54,798 bases of DNA from positions 702,413 to 757,210 of the forward strand of contig NW_015167529.1 in assembly GCF_001447785.1 (NCBI RefSeq), read 5' to 3'. Positions 24,601 to 37,295 of this stretch are shown piece after piece. Position 1 is the first letter of the stretch. Every line of letters starts with the position of its first letter. This stretch comes from Gekko japonicus (lineage: Eukaryota). A program made the position numbers and the translations under genes. The notes beneath the pieces are model-generated. The model had not been told where the DNA came from. It saw only the letters and a list, made by a program, of their open reading frames with translations, and searched no databases.

Positions 24601-25979
24601 CATACGTAGTGCATGCCTTCATGTAGTGCATTCCAGTGTTCCTTCACACAGGCAACAATCATACACCTATCAGACCTTAGTAGTACCGTAGGGGTTTTCT
24701 GCCATTTCATAAAGGTGAATGGCACCTCATCACACAGAGAGGCTAGCCAGCCACTGTCTTCTTAGATTCACCTACACGGCTTCCTCTAAGAATGATCTTG
24801 TGTTATCACTGTGTGGCAACAATAATTGTTTCCACATAAAAGTAATACTTCAAAAAAAGGCTCTCTTCCACATGGGGACTGGCTGGCATGGATCTAATGT
24901 GCAATCACATCACACTTTTTTGGGAACTGTTTGTGTATGGCTAACCATTAAGCTGGTAATAGATTGTAAAAAAAGAATCCTTTACTGACTCTGAAAGGCT
25001 TTCAACAGCTATCCTCCAGCACTACACATTCAAAAGAGAAAGAAAAATATTCAGCGAGCAAATCTCACCCACATATGGCAGATTGGCTATGACTTTTATG
25101 GACATTTTAGGGAGAAGTGAAAAAGCTCCTGCACAGTTTCCCGAAGCTGTCAAACAGATTGGGGCCACTCCCAAATGAGAAATCTACAGTCTCAATACTG
25201 AAACATAAAATATTCATTTAAAAACCATCACCACTACCCCTTCTTTCTCTCTACCTTCCACAGCAGGACACAAAGCCCAAAATGGCTATTTTTAGTTAAG
25301 GTGAGTGAGATAACGGAAGGATCAGACCAAAGCAGCAGCAGGAAGTTGTGTACAGAAAAATAGGGCACAGGATCCCCCACAATACACATATGGGGTTTGC
25401 TTCTTTCCTGAAACCCGAATGGCTACAAGCAGAGCTCCACCAGAACCTTGGCAAAAGGAAAGGCTCATTGCCCTGTGTGATGCTGCAATAGCATAGCCTT
25501 GTACCAACCTGCAAAAAGCATGATATTCAGCACAATGAATTGATACATCAGAACATGACATGGAAATTCACATACACTGTACTGGGAACAGAGGTGGTAG
25601 CAACCCTAAATTTTAACAGGGTTCTTCCCACAGAGGAAACAGAGGTCAAACAGAAGTCAAATTAGCTGACTTCAGAATGTTTTCATCTAGGATGAATCAA
25701 AGTTAATAAAGTAATTTAAGCCCAATTTAATTTAGGCAGGTTTCAAAAAAACCACAAGAATAAGGGCATTCTTAGTACATATTAATAATTAAACCAACAT
25801 ATACACAAATTAGTAATATGCTACATCATAGTAAATGCCGCAACATCTTGTTTTGGATTATTCTATTCCTAGTAAATCTGTTTAAAGAATAAACTGAGTA
25901 GCTCTGTTATGTAACAATGTTGCTTGTCTTTCTACATCCTGTTATCAGTCATTGTTGCAGGGTGAAGACGGATGTGCTT

Positions 25980-26057
25980 TTAAGAACCGAATTCAACTGT
26001 TTCATCGGTAATCTTCTTGAATTCGTAATTTCCTCTTCCATCCATATGGAGGTAATA
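25980..26057 (-). CDS. ABCD3: ABCD3 last exon (23) coding part: YYLHMDGRGNYEFKKITDETVEFGS*
   Basis: Matches the PMP70 C-terminus; TAG acceptor; TAA stop at 25982-25980. Confidence 0.97.
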   Translation of the reverse strand, partial: YYLHMDGRGNYEFKKITDETVEFGS

Positions 26058-27491
26058 CTAAGGAGGACAAGAATAGATTAGATATCCTGTTTTTAAAAAA
26101 GGTTTCACTTTCTTAGTCTAGATAAGGACAGTCTACAATGTGGTGCCTGTTGATACAGTGCCCACTTGCTTGTTCTTTAGAGAATCATCTTGGCTTTAAT
26201 TCACCTTACTGGAGTAGGAAATACTTCAGCAAAGCCTAGGTGTGACATCACTTGTTGATCTGCAGGGAGCACCCATTTGGAAACAACTGCCTCCACCATA
26301 GAAGGATGCTTGGCTCAGAACCTCTGAACACTTGTGGTTGAACCTCACTGAGTTTTGTGATTGGGCCCTGCCCTGGTGGCAGCCATTTTGTGAGTGGTCC
26401 TTCACTCAATGGCAGTTACTTTGTTCCAGTAACTCCTATTTGTTGTTAAAATTCCAAAAGTGCCCAAAAGGCCAACTGTCAGGCTCAGTATGCATTTTAT
26501 GTTTCGCCTGCCATAGAGGAAGGAGGAGGGGGAGAGGGGTGTGAAACCAAATGCTTTGTTTTCCTAAAGGCTTTGATGTGTCACAGAGACCTATTGTTTT
26601 GCCTTGTTTCTGTAGAGGGGTACGTGCTTAGTGGGGGGATAGTTGACTGTTGTTTCTGGCGGGCAAATGTCGTGGGGTGATTGGGTCCTGATCTTTAGTG
26701 CCTTTGCTTGAACACAATATATGAGCAATTTCCGGCATTCACCTCCAGCCCTAACAAAGCTCGTGTTCAGTATGGTACTCTTCAACGTCTCAATAAACTA
26801 AACTTTCTTTGAAGTGAGTGGTGTTGAGAACTGATTTAACCAAGAGTCTGACGCCAACTAGGTTAGGAATGCCTGGTTTACAGAAATTCATAACTGTGTC
26901 TCAACACATTTCTTCTTAGAGTACCCTTATAATGCTGCATGTATTGTGTTGCCATCTGGTGGCACTTGCAGGCTGTCGTGTTGCCTACTTTGTGAGACAA
27001 CGCTGACATTATCTCAATTTCAGCTTCAGCTGTGAATACAACTTGTTATTATTGAGATAACATGTAGTTAATGATAGAGGTGAATTTTTCCCCTCAGATT
27101 TTAAAATGAGGTTTTGGGTATTTATGTGCTGGCAAATTAGGAAAGGGCATTTTTAATTTAAAGCTTTAGTTTTACTTAACTGCAGCTACTGTATTACCGT
27201 GCAAAAAATGAACAAACAGTAGTTTCAGCCTCAAAGAGATTTTTAAGCTTCTTTTAATCACAATAGCAGCACTTCTCCCCAACTGCTGCATGACAACTGG
27301 GGAAATTCAAATGCAGTTTGTGGCATGAGGCTCAGTTGTTCTAAGAACATCCAAAATTAAACTGGCCCTCAGCAGTCTACTGGATTTTCCCCTCTGCCTC
27401 CACATTAATCATACACACACAAAACAGCTATGGCACTAAGAACTCAGATGTACGAATTTTACAGAGAAAAAGCATAATCAATAAATCTTAC

Positions 27492-27548
27492 ATCATGGTG
27501 CTTCCAAAGGGACTTTCTGTGAGATACAGTGAAGAGAGTGATGCCAAC
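27492..27548 (-). CDS. ABCD3: ABCD3 exon 22: VGITLFTVSHRKSLWKHHD (H-loop)
   Basis: Translation matches; GT-AG boundaries; 57 nt. Confidence 0.97.
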
Positions 27549-27639
27549 CTAAATTAAGAGAACACAGATGAAGATAAGAAGTGAGCTTTCTGTAACCATT
27601 GCAGATGGGCAGCCATGTTCATTTGTATAAGCACAATGA

Positions 27640-27800
27640 AACAGGAGTCCAAAGGTACCTTAAAGACTATCAAAGTTTATTCCAACATAAGCCTCATGAA
27701 TCAGAGAATTCATCTGATGTGCAGTACAGTGAATTATGATTTATGAAAGGTTATGCTAGAATAAATTTTGACACTCCTTTAGGTGCCACTGTGCTCCTAC
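27640..27800. repeat. Degenerate palindromic element (possible Penelope-derived foldback)
   Basis: GAGTCCAAAGGTACCTTAAAGACT..TTTATTCCAACATAAGC ... GTTATGCTAGAATAAATTTT..CTTTAGGTGCCACTGTGCTC inverted arms; related to 43577-43708. Confidence 0.5.
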
Positions 27801-28286
27801 TTTATTTCTATTCCAATAACAGTATTCCTCCTAAAACCTCTTACATCAAGTTTCTCCCACAGAAAATAAACTCTTTAGACATCTTTTATATTGAATCATC
27901 TAGTTAAGCAATTGTAAAGTCCCAGTGATTCCTAAAAACCTCTCATTGAGAAGAATAGGGTTTTATAAGTGCTAAATTTAGCAGGATCATGTCCTTGATG
28001 GGAGGGGGGGAAATGGGACAGAAAACAGAAATAATGAACCACTACTTTTCTGTACATCTTGAAAAAGTACTGCAATGCAATAAAAATTGTGAGCTTGAAT
28101 CCAATGTAGTATGATAGAATGCCACTGAAAATATATATCATAATCCAGATAGAAGTCTTGCTAGTTCATATTATCCCTTGTTTGATTCACTGACATTTCT
28201 TGATGCTGTTTTTTTTAATGTTCGAACTTAAACTGACAATGTGAACAGCCAACATATTTTGAACAAGAGAATGCAAGCATACATAC

Positions 28287-28391
28287 TTTACGGCAATGGC
28301 TGTAGATGTAGCCTTCTACGTCAACGCTAACGGCACTTGTACATTCGTCTAGAATTGCAAACTGAGGCTTATGGTAAAACAGCCTGGCCAT
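28287..28391 (-). CDS. ABCD3: ABCD3 exon 21: [35 protein letters not shown] (Walker B)
   Basis: Walker B / D-loop [10 protein letters not shown]; 105 nt; GT-AG. Confidence 0.98.
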
Positions 28392-28917
28392 CTGTAATGC
28401 AAAAGTAAATGCTAAAGAACTGATACATTGTTAGCCTTACAAGAAGCAACTTCTGAGATACAAAAGACCACACACACTCACACACACATGCCAACACACA
28501 CACCACATACCTGACATTATTTCACTCCTCTATTATTTTACTGTGTTACATTGAAAGAGATGCATTACTGCATCACTATACAAATCTACATTCACTGTAT
28601 TATTCTAAAGAGCGCATTGGTGTGCATAGTGTTCACTTGTGACACCACTGTAAACATGGTCGTAAATAAGCCATTTATTTTGAGGCACACACTGGATATT
28701 TTCCTTATTTTGCCTACTGAGAACAGATTCAACAGCTGTCAATCAATTTCCATCATCTTAGGATCATCAAGAGCCCCAGCTCTCATAAAAACAAATAAGA
28801 CTGTTCAAGAGCAGAACACTACACAACAGTTTTATTTAAACTCTCATCTATCCTCAGCTGAAAAGAAGACCTGAAAATACAGACATTTGGTAAACAATAC
28901 TGTTAATGAAGACATAC

Positions 28918-29037
28918 TGCCATTCTCTGCTTTTCTCCTCCACTGAGCACATCCATCCAGTCCTGAACACTATCCCAGCCTCCTTCACGCTCCAGGATCT
29001 GACCCAACTGAACATTGTCCAAGTACTCCTTTAGCAC
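28918..29037 (-). CDS. ABCD3: ABCD3 exon 20: [40 protein letters not shown] (ABC signature)
   Basis: LSGGEKQR signature; 120 nt; GT-AG. Confidence 0.98.
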
Positions 29038-29263
29038 CTGCAAATAAATACAGATCAACAGGTTTATGCATGTAGCTGCTTGATGTGGTCATGTTTTCAG
29101 TTTGTGCAACGCTTTCTCCTGTAAAGGAGACCTTGTAGCAAATCACAACTCCAACTATTCCACGAAGCATGGTTTTTTGAGAGCACTATAACTTTGAATA
29201 CTAGTTGTCAGGATGGGGGGAAGAGGGGGAAACATCTAACTGGCCAATAAAAGAAACAGTGCG

Positions 29264-29320
29264 TAGCGGGGAGGGCGGGGTATAAATTGAATTAAATAAA
29301 TAAATAAATAAATAAATAAA
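29264..29320 (+). repeat. SINE 3' remnant with (AAAT)n tail
   Basis: GGGCGGGGTATAAAT followed by TAAA repeats. Confidence 0.6.
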
Positions 29321-29507
29321 CTAGATGGACTTTTGATCTGATCCAGTAAGACCCTTTAAGTCTATTAATAGACATTTCTGAAGACTATCTAGGTTTTTGT
29401 ATGTTGAAGTTTATAGCAAATTTAGCCCTTCTTGCTTCTGCTGTGAAAGAGTATGCTATACAATATGAGAAGGTTTTAACAACAACAGAATAATAAAAGT
29501 CTTTCAC

Positions 29508-29597
29508 CTGGTCAGATATGCCTTTCTTTTTCTGGTCTTCTAAAGCATCTGGATATATTACTTGGTCTCTTAGGGTTCCAAGGGTCATGTACGGTCT
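29508..29597 (-). CDS. ABCD3: ABCD3 exon 19: [30 protein letters not shown]
   Basis: Translation matches; 90 nt; GT-AG. Confidence 0.97.
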
Positions 29598-29689
29598 CTA
29601 AAAGAAAAATACAGGAGATCAGGAGTGTTTGAAAAATTGAAACATGCAAAAGAACACAAAATGTAGATGGTTAGGGTGGTTTTCTTTAC

Positions 29690-29755
29690 CTGAGGTACAT
29701 AAAACAGCTTTCCTCTCTCAGGTTTAGTTAGGCAACCACCAAAAAGAGGCCACAA
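29690..29755 (-). CDS. ABCD3: ABCD3 exon 18: [22 protein letters not shown] (Q-loop)
   Basis: Translation matches; 66 nt; GT-AG. Confidence 0.97.
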
Positions 29756-29841
29756 CTGCAATAGGAAAAGAAAAAAATCTTAAGGATCCAGGAAGTTGTG
29801 ATTTTGTTGCTGTTAACATTCTTATACCTCAATTTACTTAC

Positions 29842-29919
29842 CTCACCAAGCACACGGAAGAGTGAACTCTTTCCACATCCATTTGGCCCACAAATCAAGA
29901 CATTGGCACCTGACCGTAC
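29842..29919 (-). CDS. ABCD3: ABCD3 exon 17: [26 protein letters not shown] (Walker A)
   Basis: GPNGCGKS Walker A; 78 nt; GT-AG. Confidence 0.98.
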
Positions 29920-30117
29920 CTGAAAGTAATAAAATCAAAGCAGCAAGAATTTAAATATTTCTAAAAGAAGAACTGCGGGCAATAGTGTCTGCTCAGTACA
30001 CATGTGGTGCAGTATGATACACGTATTTTGCTACTAAATGTATTTTTCTAGGTTGAACACATGACGGTCTATCAATGGTGACCACTGAATGGGAACTTTC
30101 AAAAGGAATGTTAAGAA

Positions 30118-30870
30118 TAGGGATGGGAAAACCAGGAAAACGGGTTTGTTTCAGTTCATGAGGCTACACAAACCATGAACTTTCACGAGCCTCCCCATTA
30201 ACCAAACCGGTTCCTTTCATGAGGTTCATGACTGGGTGAACGCGTTGCCCCAGCTGATCCTCTCTTGCAGCTTCCCTCTTCCTTTCTGCTGACCATGAGG
30301 AGCCACCAACAGCAGAAATGGGGAGGGGGGAGATTTCAGTTCTCCCCCCCCCCATTTTGCTGGCCTCAGGGAGCCACTGCCAGAATCAGCTGCTTTGCAG
30401 GCTCCTTTGGGCAATTCCATTTAAACTGGGTAGCCCAGCAGAGTCCCAGTAGAGCCTGCAGGGAGAGTTCTCCCCACAGGATTGGCTCCTTTACGAGCCA
30501 GCCAGCCCCAGCCAATCTTCCCTCCCTTCTTTCTGCTGGGGGCAGCTCCCCAAGGCCAGCAGAATGGAAGGCAGGGAGGATCTGAGAATTCTTCCTGTAG
30601 GCTCAGCTGGGGCTCTGTTGGGCTACCCAGTTTAAACCAGAATGCCCAAATGAGCCCACAAGGCACCTGATCCTGCAGGGAAAACTCTCAGATCTTCCCC
30701 TCTTTCTTTATGCTGGCCGTGAGGAGCCACCACCAGCAGAAAGGAGGGAGGGAAGATCTCAGAATTCTCCCTGCCCCCTCGGTGGGGGCTCTGCCGGGCA
30801 GCCTGGTTCAAACCAAACTGTCCAACAGAGCCTGCAAAGGAGTTCATCCTGCGGGGAGAACTTCTGATCA
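30118..30870. mobile_element. GC-rich non-autonomous repeat with internal inverted sub-repeats (ABCD3 intron 16)
   Basis: Abrupt GC-rich block with recurring CAGCAGAAA.G.GGAGGG / CCCTC.TTC.TTCTGCTG modules in both orientations. Confidence 0.55.
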
Positions 30871-31462
30871 ATCATTTTTAGGATTGAGCTGCAGGAACAA
30901 TACTATCTGCATGATACAATAAATTCATTTACATTCATATCTTCTTATTATAGCATCAGATTACACTAAAAATTGTTCTCCATCATGCATGGCAGTATGT
31001 GGATTCCCAGATAATAAAACGTTTCATCTTTCATTAGTGCTTCAATGGCCTCTAGAGGAAATAGTATGTCAAAAGCTTTGTGAACAGCCCCCTGAACTGG
31101 ACTCTAAATTTAAGAATGAAGACTATAAATATTACTTAACCAAATAAGTTGTTTTTCAGTTGTATTTTACCATGAAACATTCTGATGAATGTTTTATACC
31201 AACCCGCTGGAGACTATATATATTTATGTACATGTACATCTGTTTGTAAGAAAGAGCCAACGCATGTTCAATTTACAAATGAAACTGGGGACCAGTATCT
31301 GGATAAATGTGGGGTTTAAATCACACATTCAGTTTTACGTGTGTTGAATGTAATATAAGAATTTAAAAATCAAGTATATGTACACAGATTTCATGTGCGT
31401 TCACTCTAACTTATCAATAGGGCTTCTACCTGAAGCTGAAATAGTGCTTGTCATAAACATAC

Positions 31463-31526
31463 CTCAAAGTTAAGGTCTTTAATCAATATATCGCCATTTG
31501 GAGTTGCTAATGGAACATGATCAAAC
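31463..31526 (-). CDS. ABCD3: ABCD3 exon 16: FDHVPLATPNGDILIKDLNFE
   Basis: Translation matches; 64 nt; GT-AG. Confidence 0.97.
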
Positions 31527-32295
31527 CTGCAAGGAAATTGGACATATCACCCTTAATACTGGAAGAACAGGCTTCCTGTATTCCTATTATACAAATAAAA
31601 CAATTCCAAGAGGCTTATGATATAGCCATACTAGAAAGTAAAACAAACACGGCAGTAGGTCCTACTCAGCCAGCTATGAAGCTCAGTTCTACAGAGTGGG
31701 AATCAAGAGAGGACAAGAGAGAGGACAAGAGAGGCAGACATCCTTCTAGTTTCTGCCCCTCTTTGTAGGTCACCTCCCTTTCCAAGAATGACACACAGAA
31801 CAGACCTGGAAAGGGGAAATATGTCTAACCAAATGCTCTCGTATTTTCTTTTGTTCCTTGAATTTAAACAGCCTAGATAGGATGAAGAGAATTGCAAAGA
31901 AAAACTGAGGTCACTCCTTTGTCTCTAGACCACTCTAGGTGACCAACAATCTAGGAAAACAAGGACTTACTCTGTCTTTTGCTGTACACACACATGCTAG
32001 AAGAAAAAGCTCTTGGGTTTCAGATGGGGCAACATCAATAAGCAACTAATCCGTGTTATGAAAAGGTTATACAAAGGCCTGCAGATGCTCATAATTTAGA
32101 TTAAGATTCTACTTTGGTGTTATTTGACGTGGTTAGTGCTTGTTCTTTTGCTACAGACTACAGGGCATTTTGAAGTTCTTCCTTATACACAGTGAGCACT
32201 GAATTAAAAACAAAGTTTGAAAGGCTTGGGTTCAGCTGAATTTAAGAAGTCTAAAAAAGAAAGGTCTAGTAAGAAACAAGAGATACTACACATAC

Positions 32296-32368
32296 TTGAT
32301 AATGTTATCTGCTATGACAATTTTTCCAGCACCAGGAATCAAGGGGACAGCTTGCACTATTTCTGTAT
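32296..32368 (-). CDS. ABCD3: ABCD3 exon 15: (D)TEIVQAVPLIPGAGKIVIADNII(K)
   Basis: PLIPGAG..I.ADNIIK match; 73 nt; GT-AG. Confidence 0.93.
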
Positions 32369-32453
32369 CTTAAATTAAAAACAAACACAAACATTAGAGA
32401 ATGATAAGAGTGTGCGCCTTGAGCAAAACACGTGCCATAAGCTTGTCAGTTAC

Positions 32454-32542
32454 CCTTTTCTTGTGTTAGCATGGTACGTTTGTATTTGCCACTGTTCAAG
32501 TCCTTCAGTACTTGCATTAATTCAGTAATTCGAGCTGTGAAA
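32454..32542 (-). CDS. ABCD3: ABCD3 exon 14: FTARITELMQVLKDLNSGKYKRTMLTQEK
   Basis: Translation matches; 89 nt; phase consistent. Confidence 0.95.
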
Positions 32543-33077
32543 CTGAAATTAAAACAAACTAATTAAAATGAAAAAGCAGTAAGAAATGTTCTAACAATTA
32601 CGCTATATGCTTCAGGGAAAAAACTAAAAGCAACTCAAATTACTGGAAGACACAGTACTGCAAGGAATTCACATTTACACAGTGAGACCAAAGAATTTCA
32701 AAACATTTCCCCCCACAGTATTAATGTAATTGGTCAACTGCCCTGGGCCAGGGATCACAAGTACTGTAAATTAAAAGTGTGTGGAAGATTATCTGCTTTA
32801 ATCAGACAATGAAGGAAGAGCATACCTTTCCCAATAAACTAACATCTAAGTTCTAGTATTATAGCAGACATGCATTTCAGGGCAATTAAGTAAAGAAACG
32901 AATGGCTAAGTCAGAAAGAGGCCCAGCTTAGAATAATACAGCAGGCAAAACAGCAGCAACTTCCTTGATGCAGGAAGGTTATTGGATCTTGAAAATTACT
33001 GCAGGTACAGGATACTGACAAGAGAATAAATGCGGACTTAATTTACAAGGATAGTAAATGTGCATATTTAAACTTAC

Positions 33078-33169
33078 CCAGCCAATCGTGTCATTTCACG
33101 ACCTGCCAGAACTATCCTGCCCAGTGCCTGGGACATTCTCAGCAACATTCTTCCACTTTGATAGTAATC
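33078..33169 (-). CDS. ABCD3: ABCD3 exon 13: DYYQSGRMLLRMSQALGRIVLAGREMTRLA(G)
   Basis: Translation matches; 92 nt; GT-AG. Confidence 0.97.
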
Positions 33170-33264
33170 CTTAAAGTAACAAAATACAGGATTGCCCATG
33201 AGTGAACTACCAAACTATATGCCACCCTCTATATGTCAACTTATATCAGGAGCGTATTACTTAC

Positions 33265-33362
33265 TTCCAGAAGTTCTGCATGGGTACTATTCAGATGGCG
33301 AGGGTGAGCATGGTTCAAAAAAGGGCGGCTAACGACAAGATAGCCAACTACGGTAGCAAGAT
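33265..33362 (-). CDS. ABCD3: ABCD3 exon 12: (Y)LATVVGYLVVSRPFLNHAHPRHLNSTHAELLE
   Basis: Translation matches; 98 nt; GT-AG. Confidence 0.97.
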
Positions 33363-33443
33363 CTACAACCAAAACAACAACACAAGTTTATGAAGCGACG
33401 GTTCAGTGTAAAAGCGATCTATGATTTTAAAGATACATTAAAA

Positions 33444-33859
33444 TAGCAGCCTTCAACCTTTGGGTTGGGACCCACAGACTGATGGGAAACTAAACCTGAT
33501 GGGTTATGAACCTTTTTTTTTCTTGCAGTCTTTTGGAAGCACCCACTGGTAGAAGAGCAAGGGTGCCGTGACTTCTGCTTCTCTTTGTACACATGCTGAG
33601 AAGAGGAGGAGGATGGCAAGCTGAAGTTGCCCATGGGCAGGCAGGATTTTCTCTATGGCCCTGACCCTTGGCTTGTTTCTCACTTTGGTATCCCTCCTGG
33701 TTCTATTTTCACTTCCTGTCCCCAGATCTCTTGGTCTGCAGCCCACAGTCCTAGTCTTGACACAAGAGCGGTCAAAACTCTGTCTCCTCCTTGTCACATG
33801 ACTTTGTCATATGCTTGCAGCTCAATGGGTCCCAGGTGAGGAAAGGTTGAAGACCACTG
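33444..33859. mobile_element. Older hAT-type MITE
   Basis: TIR TAGCAGCCTTCAACCTTT / AAAGGTTGAAGACCACTG; decayed TSD CATTAAAA vs CATGAAAC (6/8). Confidence 0.65.
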
Positions 33860-34047
33860 CATGAAACCAAAACCCAGCAACATAGCTCTGTTCTTAATTC
33901 CATATAAATTTCACACGCCAACTTCAGTACAGAACAAGCTAAAGAGCAAGTGTATAGAGTGTATGGAAACATCACACAACAAGCAGCTTATTTTTCCTCT
34001 CGTGGGACTATTACAGGTCTGTAATGGGAGAAAAACTGCATGCTTAC

Positions 34048-34117
34048 ATTTGGCAACGATGGTATCTATGAAGCCCATTGTAAACCGGAAGAAAATGAAG
34101 TTGTGCAAGTGCTCCAC
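34048..34117 (-). CDS. ABCD3: ABCD3 exon 11: VEHLHNFIFFRFTMGFIDTIVAK
   Basis: Translation matches; 70 nt; GT-AG. Confidence 0.97.
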
Positions 34118-34714
34118 CTAATGGAAGACAGGAGTTGGTAATTAGGTCTAAACACTCTAATGATTTAAACAGAAGAATTAACAGTTCTGAAGAGCAAACC
34201 TGATTCTCAAATAATCATTAAAATGTATGCATGCCTTTGTGGAACACGAAAGACAAGACAATGCTTAGTCAAAGCTCGATAAGGTTTCTTGGTAGTTGGT
34301 GCCTATCAGAGTGCAGCCTTTGCTTTCAGAGGGCAGCCATCACTTTTTAATTAGTGCTAAGATTCAAAGTGCAGCTATCTGTGATGACATCAGTCCCCAT
34401 GACTTCAGAACGAGCACTGCTGCCCAACACTGGTAAAGGGGAAAAGCAGAGGATATAATTTCTTCCTCTGCCTGCGGCTCCCCACTCCACCCCTTCTGTC
34501 TAGGCCACTCTTCCTGCATCCAAGGCTGATGTACAGTCTGAGACAGAAAAACGGGGGGGGGGGGGGGGGGGGGAGGAAGTGTTCAAGGAAGAAAAGCAGC
34601 AGAAGGAAAGTCTCTGAACCCTCCTTCCACCCACCACTTTTTTTGCGGTAAGTCACAGCTTACTACTCTTTGGCAGAAATTCATGTTCAAAGAGTGGGTC
34701 TGCATAGTTCCATC

Positions 34715-36033
34715 CAGGGGTCACTTCGTAGAAAAAGAGGTGCAGGAGCTCATTAGCACACCTGCTATTAGCATAATCATTAGCATATGCCATGCCCCCT
34801 GACATCACCGGAAGTGTGTTAGAAGGGGAAGCAAAAAAGGAGGGGAGACATCCTCAAAAGTCTCCCCTTCCCTTCTCCAGCCGGCCTGCCGAGGCGGGGT
34901 AGGGGGGAAGCGAAGAGAGAAGGGGTTTAAAGTTTAGAGTCTCTAGAGACGCGCCGCAGGGGCGGCAGGATATTTCCATTGTATTCTATGGCCCCACAGA
35001 ATACAATTGAAAGATCGTGCCACCACTGCTGCGCAACTCTAGAGAGAAGGGATTTAAACTTTAAACCCCTCTCGCTTCACTCCCCCCCCCCCCACCCCGC
35101 CACGGCAGGACCCCATGACATTTAAATCCCCCCCCCCGAGAGTCTCTGAAAAAGCAGAGAGGCTCAAGGGAAAAGGAGGGCATGTCTGCCAGACATCTTT
35201 GGCTTCCCTGCGCGATCTTCTCCGAGTGCCCCGGGACTGAGGGGCACTCAGAGAAGATCGCGCAAGGAAGTCAGGCATTTAAATCCCCCTCCCCAAGTCT
35301 CTCCGCAAAAGCGGAGAAGCTTAGGGGGAAAGGAGGGCATGTCTGCCTGCCTCCCCTTCCTGTCTTCAGCCTGGGCTGGCTGGAGACAGGAAGGGGAGCG
35401 GGGCAGACATGCCTGGATTCCCTGTGCGATCTTCTCCGAGTGCCCCGCGACTGCAGGGTACTTCGAGAAGATCGCGCAGGGAAGTCAGGCCTTTAATTCT
35501 CCCCCTCAGGAGTGGGTGGGGCCTGGGCTCGTTACTGCTGGAGCGCTGCGGGGCACTTGGAGAAGATCGCACAGGGAAGCCAGGCGTTTAAATCCCCCCC
35601 CCCTCTCTCCGCAAAAGCGGAAAGGCTAAGGGGAAAAGGAGGGCATGTCTGCCCAGCTCCCCTTCCTGTCTCCAGACATGTCTGGCTTGCTGCAGGGCAC
35701 TTGGAAAAGATCGCGCAGGGAAGCCAGGCATTTAAATCCCCCCTCAAGTCTCTCCGCAAAAGCGGGGAGGCTCAGGGGGAAAAGGAGGGCATGTCTGCCC
35801 GGCTCCCCCTCCCGTCTTCCGCCTGGGCTGGCCTGGGACAGGAAGGGGAGCCGGGCAGACATGCCTGGCTTCCCTGCACAATCTTCTCCGAGTGCCCCGC
35901 GACTGTGGGGCGCTTGGAGAAGATTGCGTAGGAAAGCCAGGCCTTTAATCCCCCCCCCTCAGGAGGGGGAGGGGCCTGAGCTTATTACTGCCAGAGCACC
36001 ACTCCGGGGCGCTCCAGCAGGAAATGACCCCTG
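34715..36033 (+). mobile_element. CAGGGGTC-family hAT non-autonomous element (1.3 kb) with an internal foldback and tandem repeats
   Basis: TIR CAGGGGTCACTTC / GAAATGACCCCTG; TSD GTTCCATC vs GTCCCAGC (6/8); repeated GAAGATCGCGCAGGGAAG.CAGGC.TTTAA.TCCCCC modules at ~35250, 35466, 35561, 35705 and 35918. Confidence 0.85.
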
Positions 36034-36230
36034 GTCCCAGCCTTTTTTCCGGGATTATCTCAATACTTCCGTATTTCTCCTTTTTTCTCTCACACATACT
36101 TATATCACTGAAGCCTACACTATGCAAGTGGAGAAAAACCTGCTGCAATTTCAGTTGTTTATCTCTGGAAAGCACAATCCTCCTTGCAAAACTGTTTCTG
36201 TACCAACACAGGTCTTTTTTGCTGACTTAC

Positions 36231-36300
36231 CAGTTTGCGAAAGGTTTTGTGAATTGTCTGTTGTTCCCTTTGATTCCCATTATAAAAAGCAATTTCTTCA
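36231..36300 (-). CDS. ABCD3: ABCD3 exon 10: (S)EEIAFYNGNQREQQTIHKTFRKL (EAA motif)
   Basis: EEIAFY.G ABCD motif; 70 nt; GT-AG. Confidence 0.97.
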
Positions 36301-36559
36301 CTATGTAAAAAAAAAGAAAAAGATATGTACTTTTTAATATGTATATTTACCCCTGACAAAATGTAGCCAGGCCTAATCTACACAGTGAGGTAGCCCTGCC
36401 CCCCCCCCGATGGAAAAAAAAACCTGTTCCACCTTATACTTTTTGAGTTCTCTCCCGCCTTTAGAATAAAGAGAATCTAATCTTTACGGGAAAGTAGAAC
36501 AGCAAGGAGTAATCTGACCTGGGCAAGACCCTATTCCTCTATGCTAGTTTACAAGTTAT

Positions 36560-36770
36560 CTTATTTATCTTCTTCATTTCTATCCCACCTTTCTCCCCAA
36601 TGGGGGACTCAAAGAGGTTTACATTGTTCTGTCCTTCATTTTATCCTTGCAACAACCCTGTGAGTGGGTTAGGGTGAGAGTGTGCAACTGGCCCAGCGAA
36701 CTTCCAGGACAGACTAGGGATTCAAACCTGGGTCTTCCAGATCCTGACACTCCAAGAACTATACCGCATC
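36560..36770 (-). mobile_element. Degenerate Squam/MIR-like SINE
   Basis: TTTATCCT..CAACAACCCTGTGAG, CTGGCCCA and GGATTCAAACCTGGGTCT motifs; further fragments at ~19350-19460 and ~37075-37195. Confidence 0.6.
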
Positions 36771-37295
36771 TCATTGAAAGCCACCCTCCCCCCCTTTTAC
36801 ACAGGGAAACACAAATGAAAAAGATGGTCCCTTGAAGCATGAAACAGTACAGGCCACTCCACCACCTCAGGACGGTATCACTTCATTCCACAACATATAT
36901 ATAAACCAGATATCAGTGAAAGTATTAGTATGGGTGCTGGTTTTGATATTTTTACAGATTGTTTAAAATAATCAAAGTACGATGTACTGGATCCTATGGA
37001 CTGACAGAGTATGGCACTGGAGGATCTTTCCTGCCTCCCTCCAGCTGCCCTCTTGCAAGTGCAAATTTATTTCCTTACTACATTTATACCCTGCCTTTCT
37101 CACCAATAGGGACCCAAAGTGGCAGCTTCCATCATTCTGCTCTCCTCCATTTTATCCTGATTACATCATTAGGAGGCTGAGAGTGTGTGTGGCCAGTAAT
37201 ATTTTAAAAAAATTAAAAACAAAAACTGTGAATTAATCACAGTTCTTCATAAATATTCATATTTATTTACAGTTTGACTTCAACCAAACCTATAC

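Noticed and set aside
35054-36337. Cluster of overlapping ORFs up to 230 aa
   Set aside because: They arise from the GC-rich, stop-poor repeats of a non-autonomous hAT element; no recognisable domain
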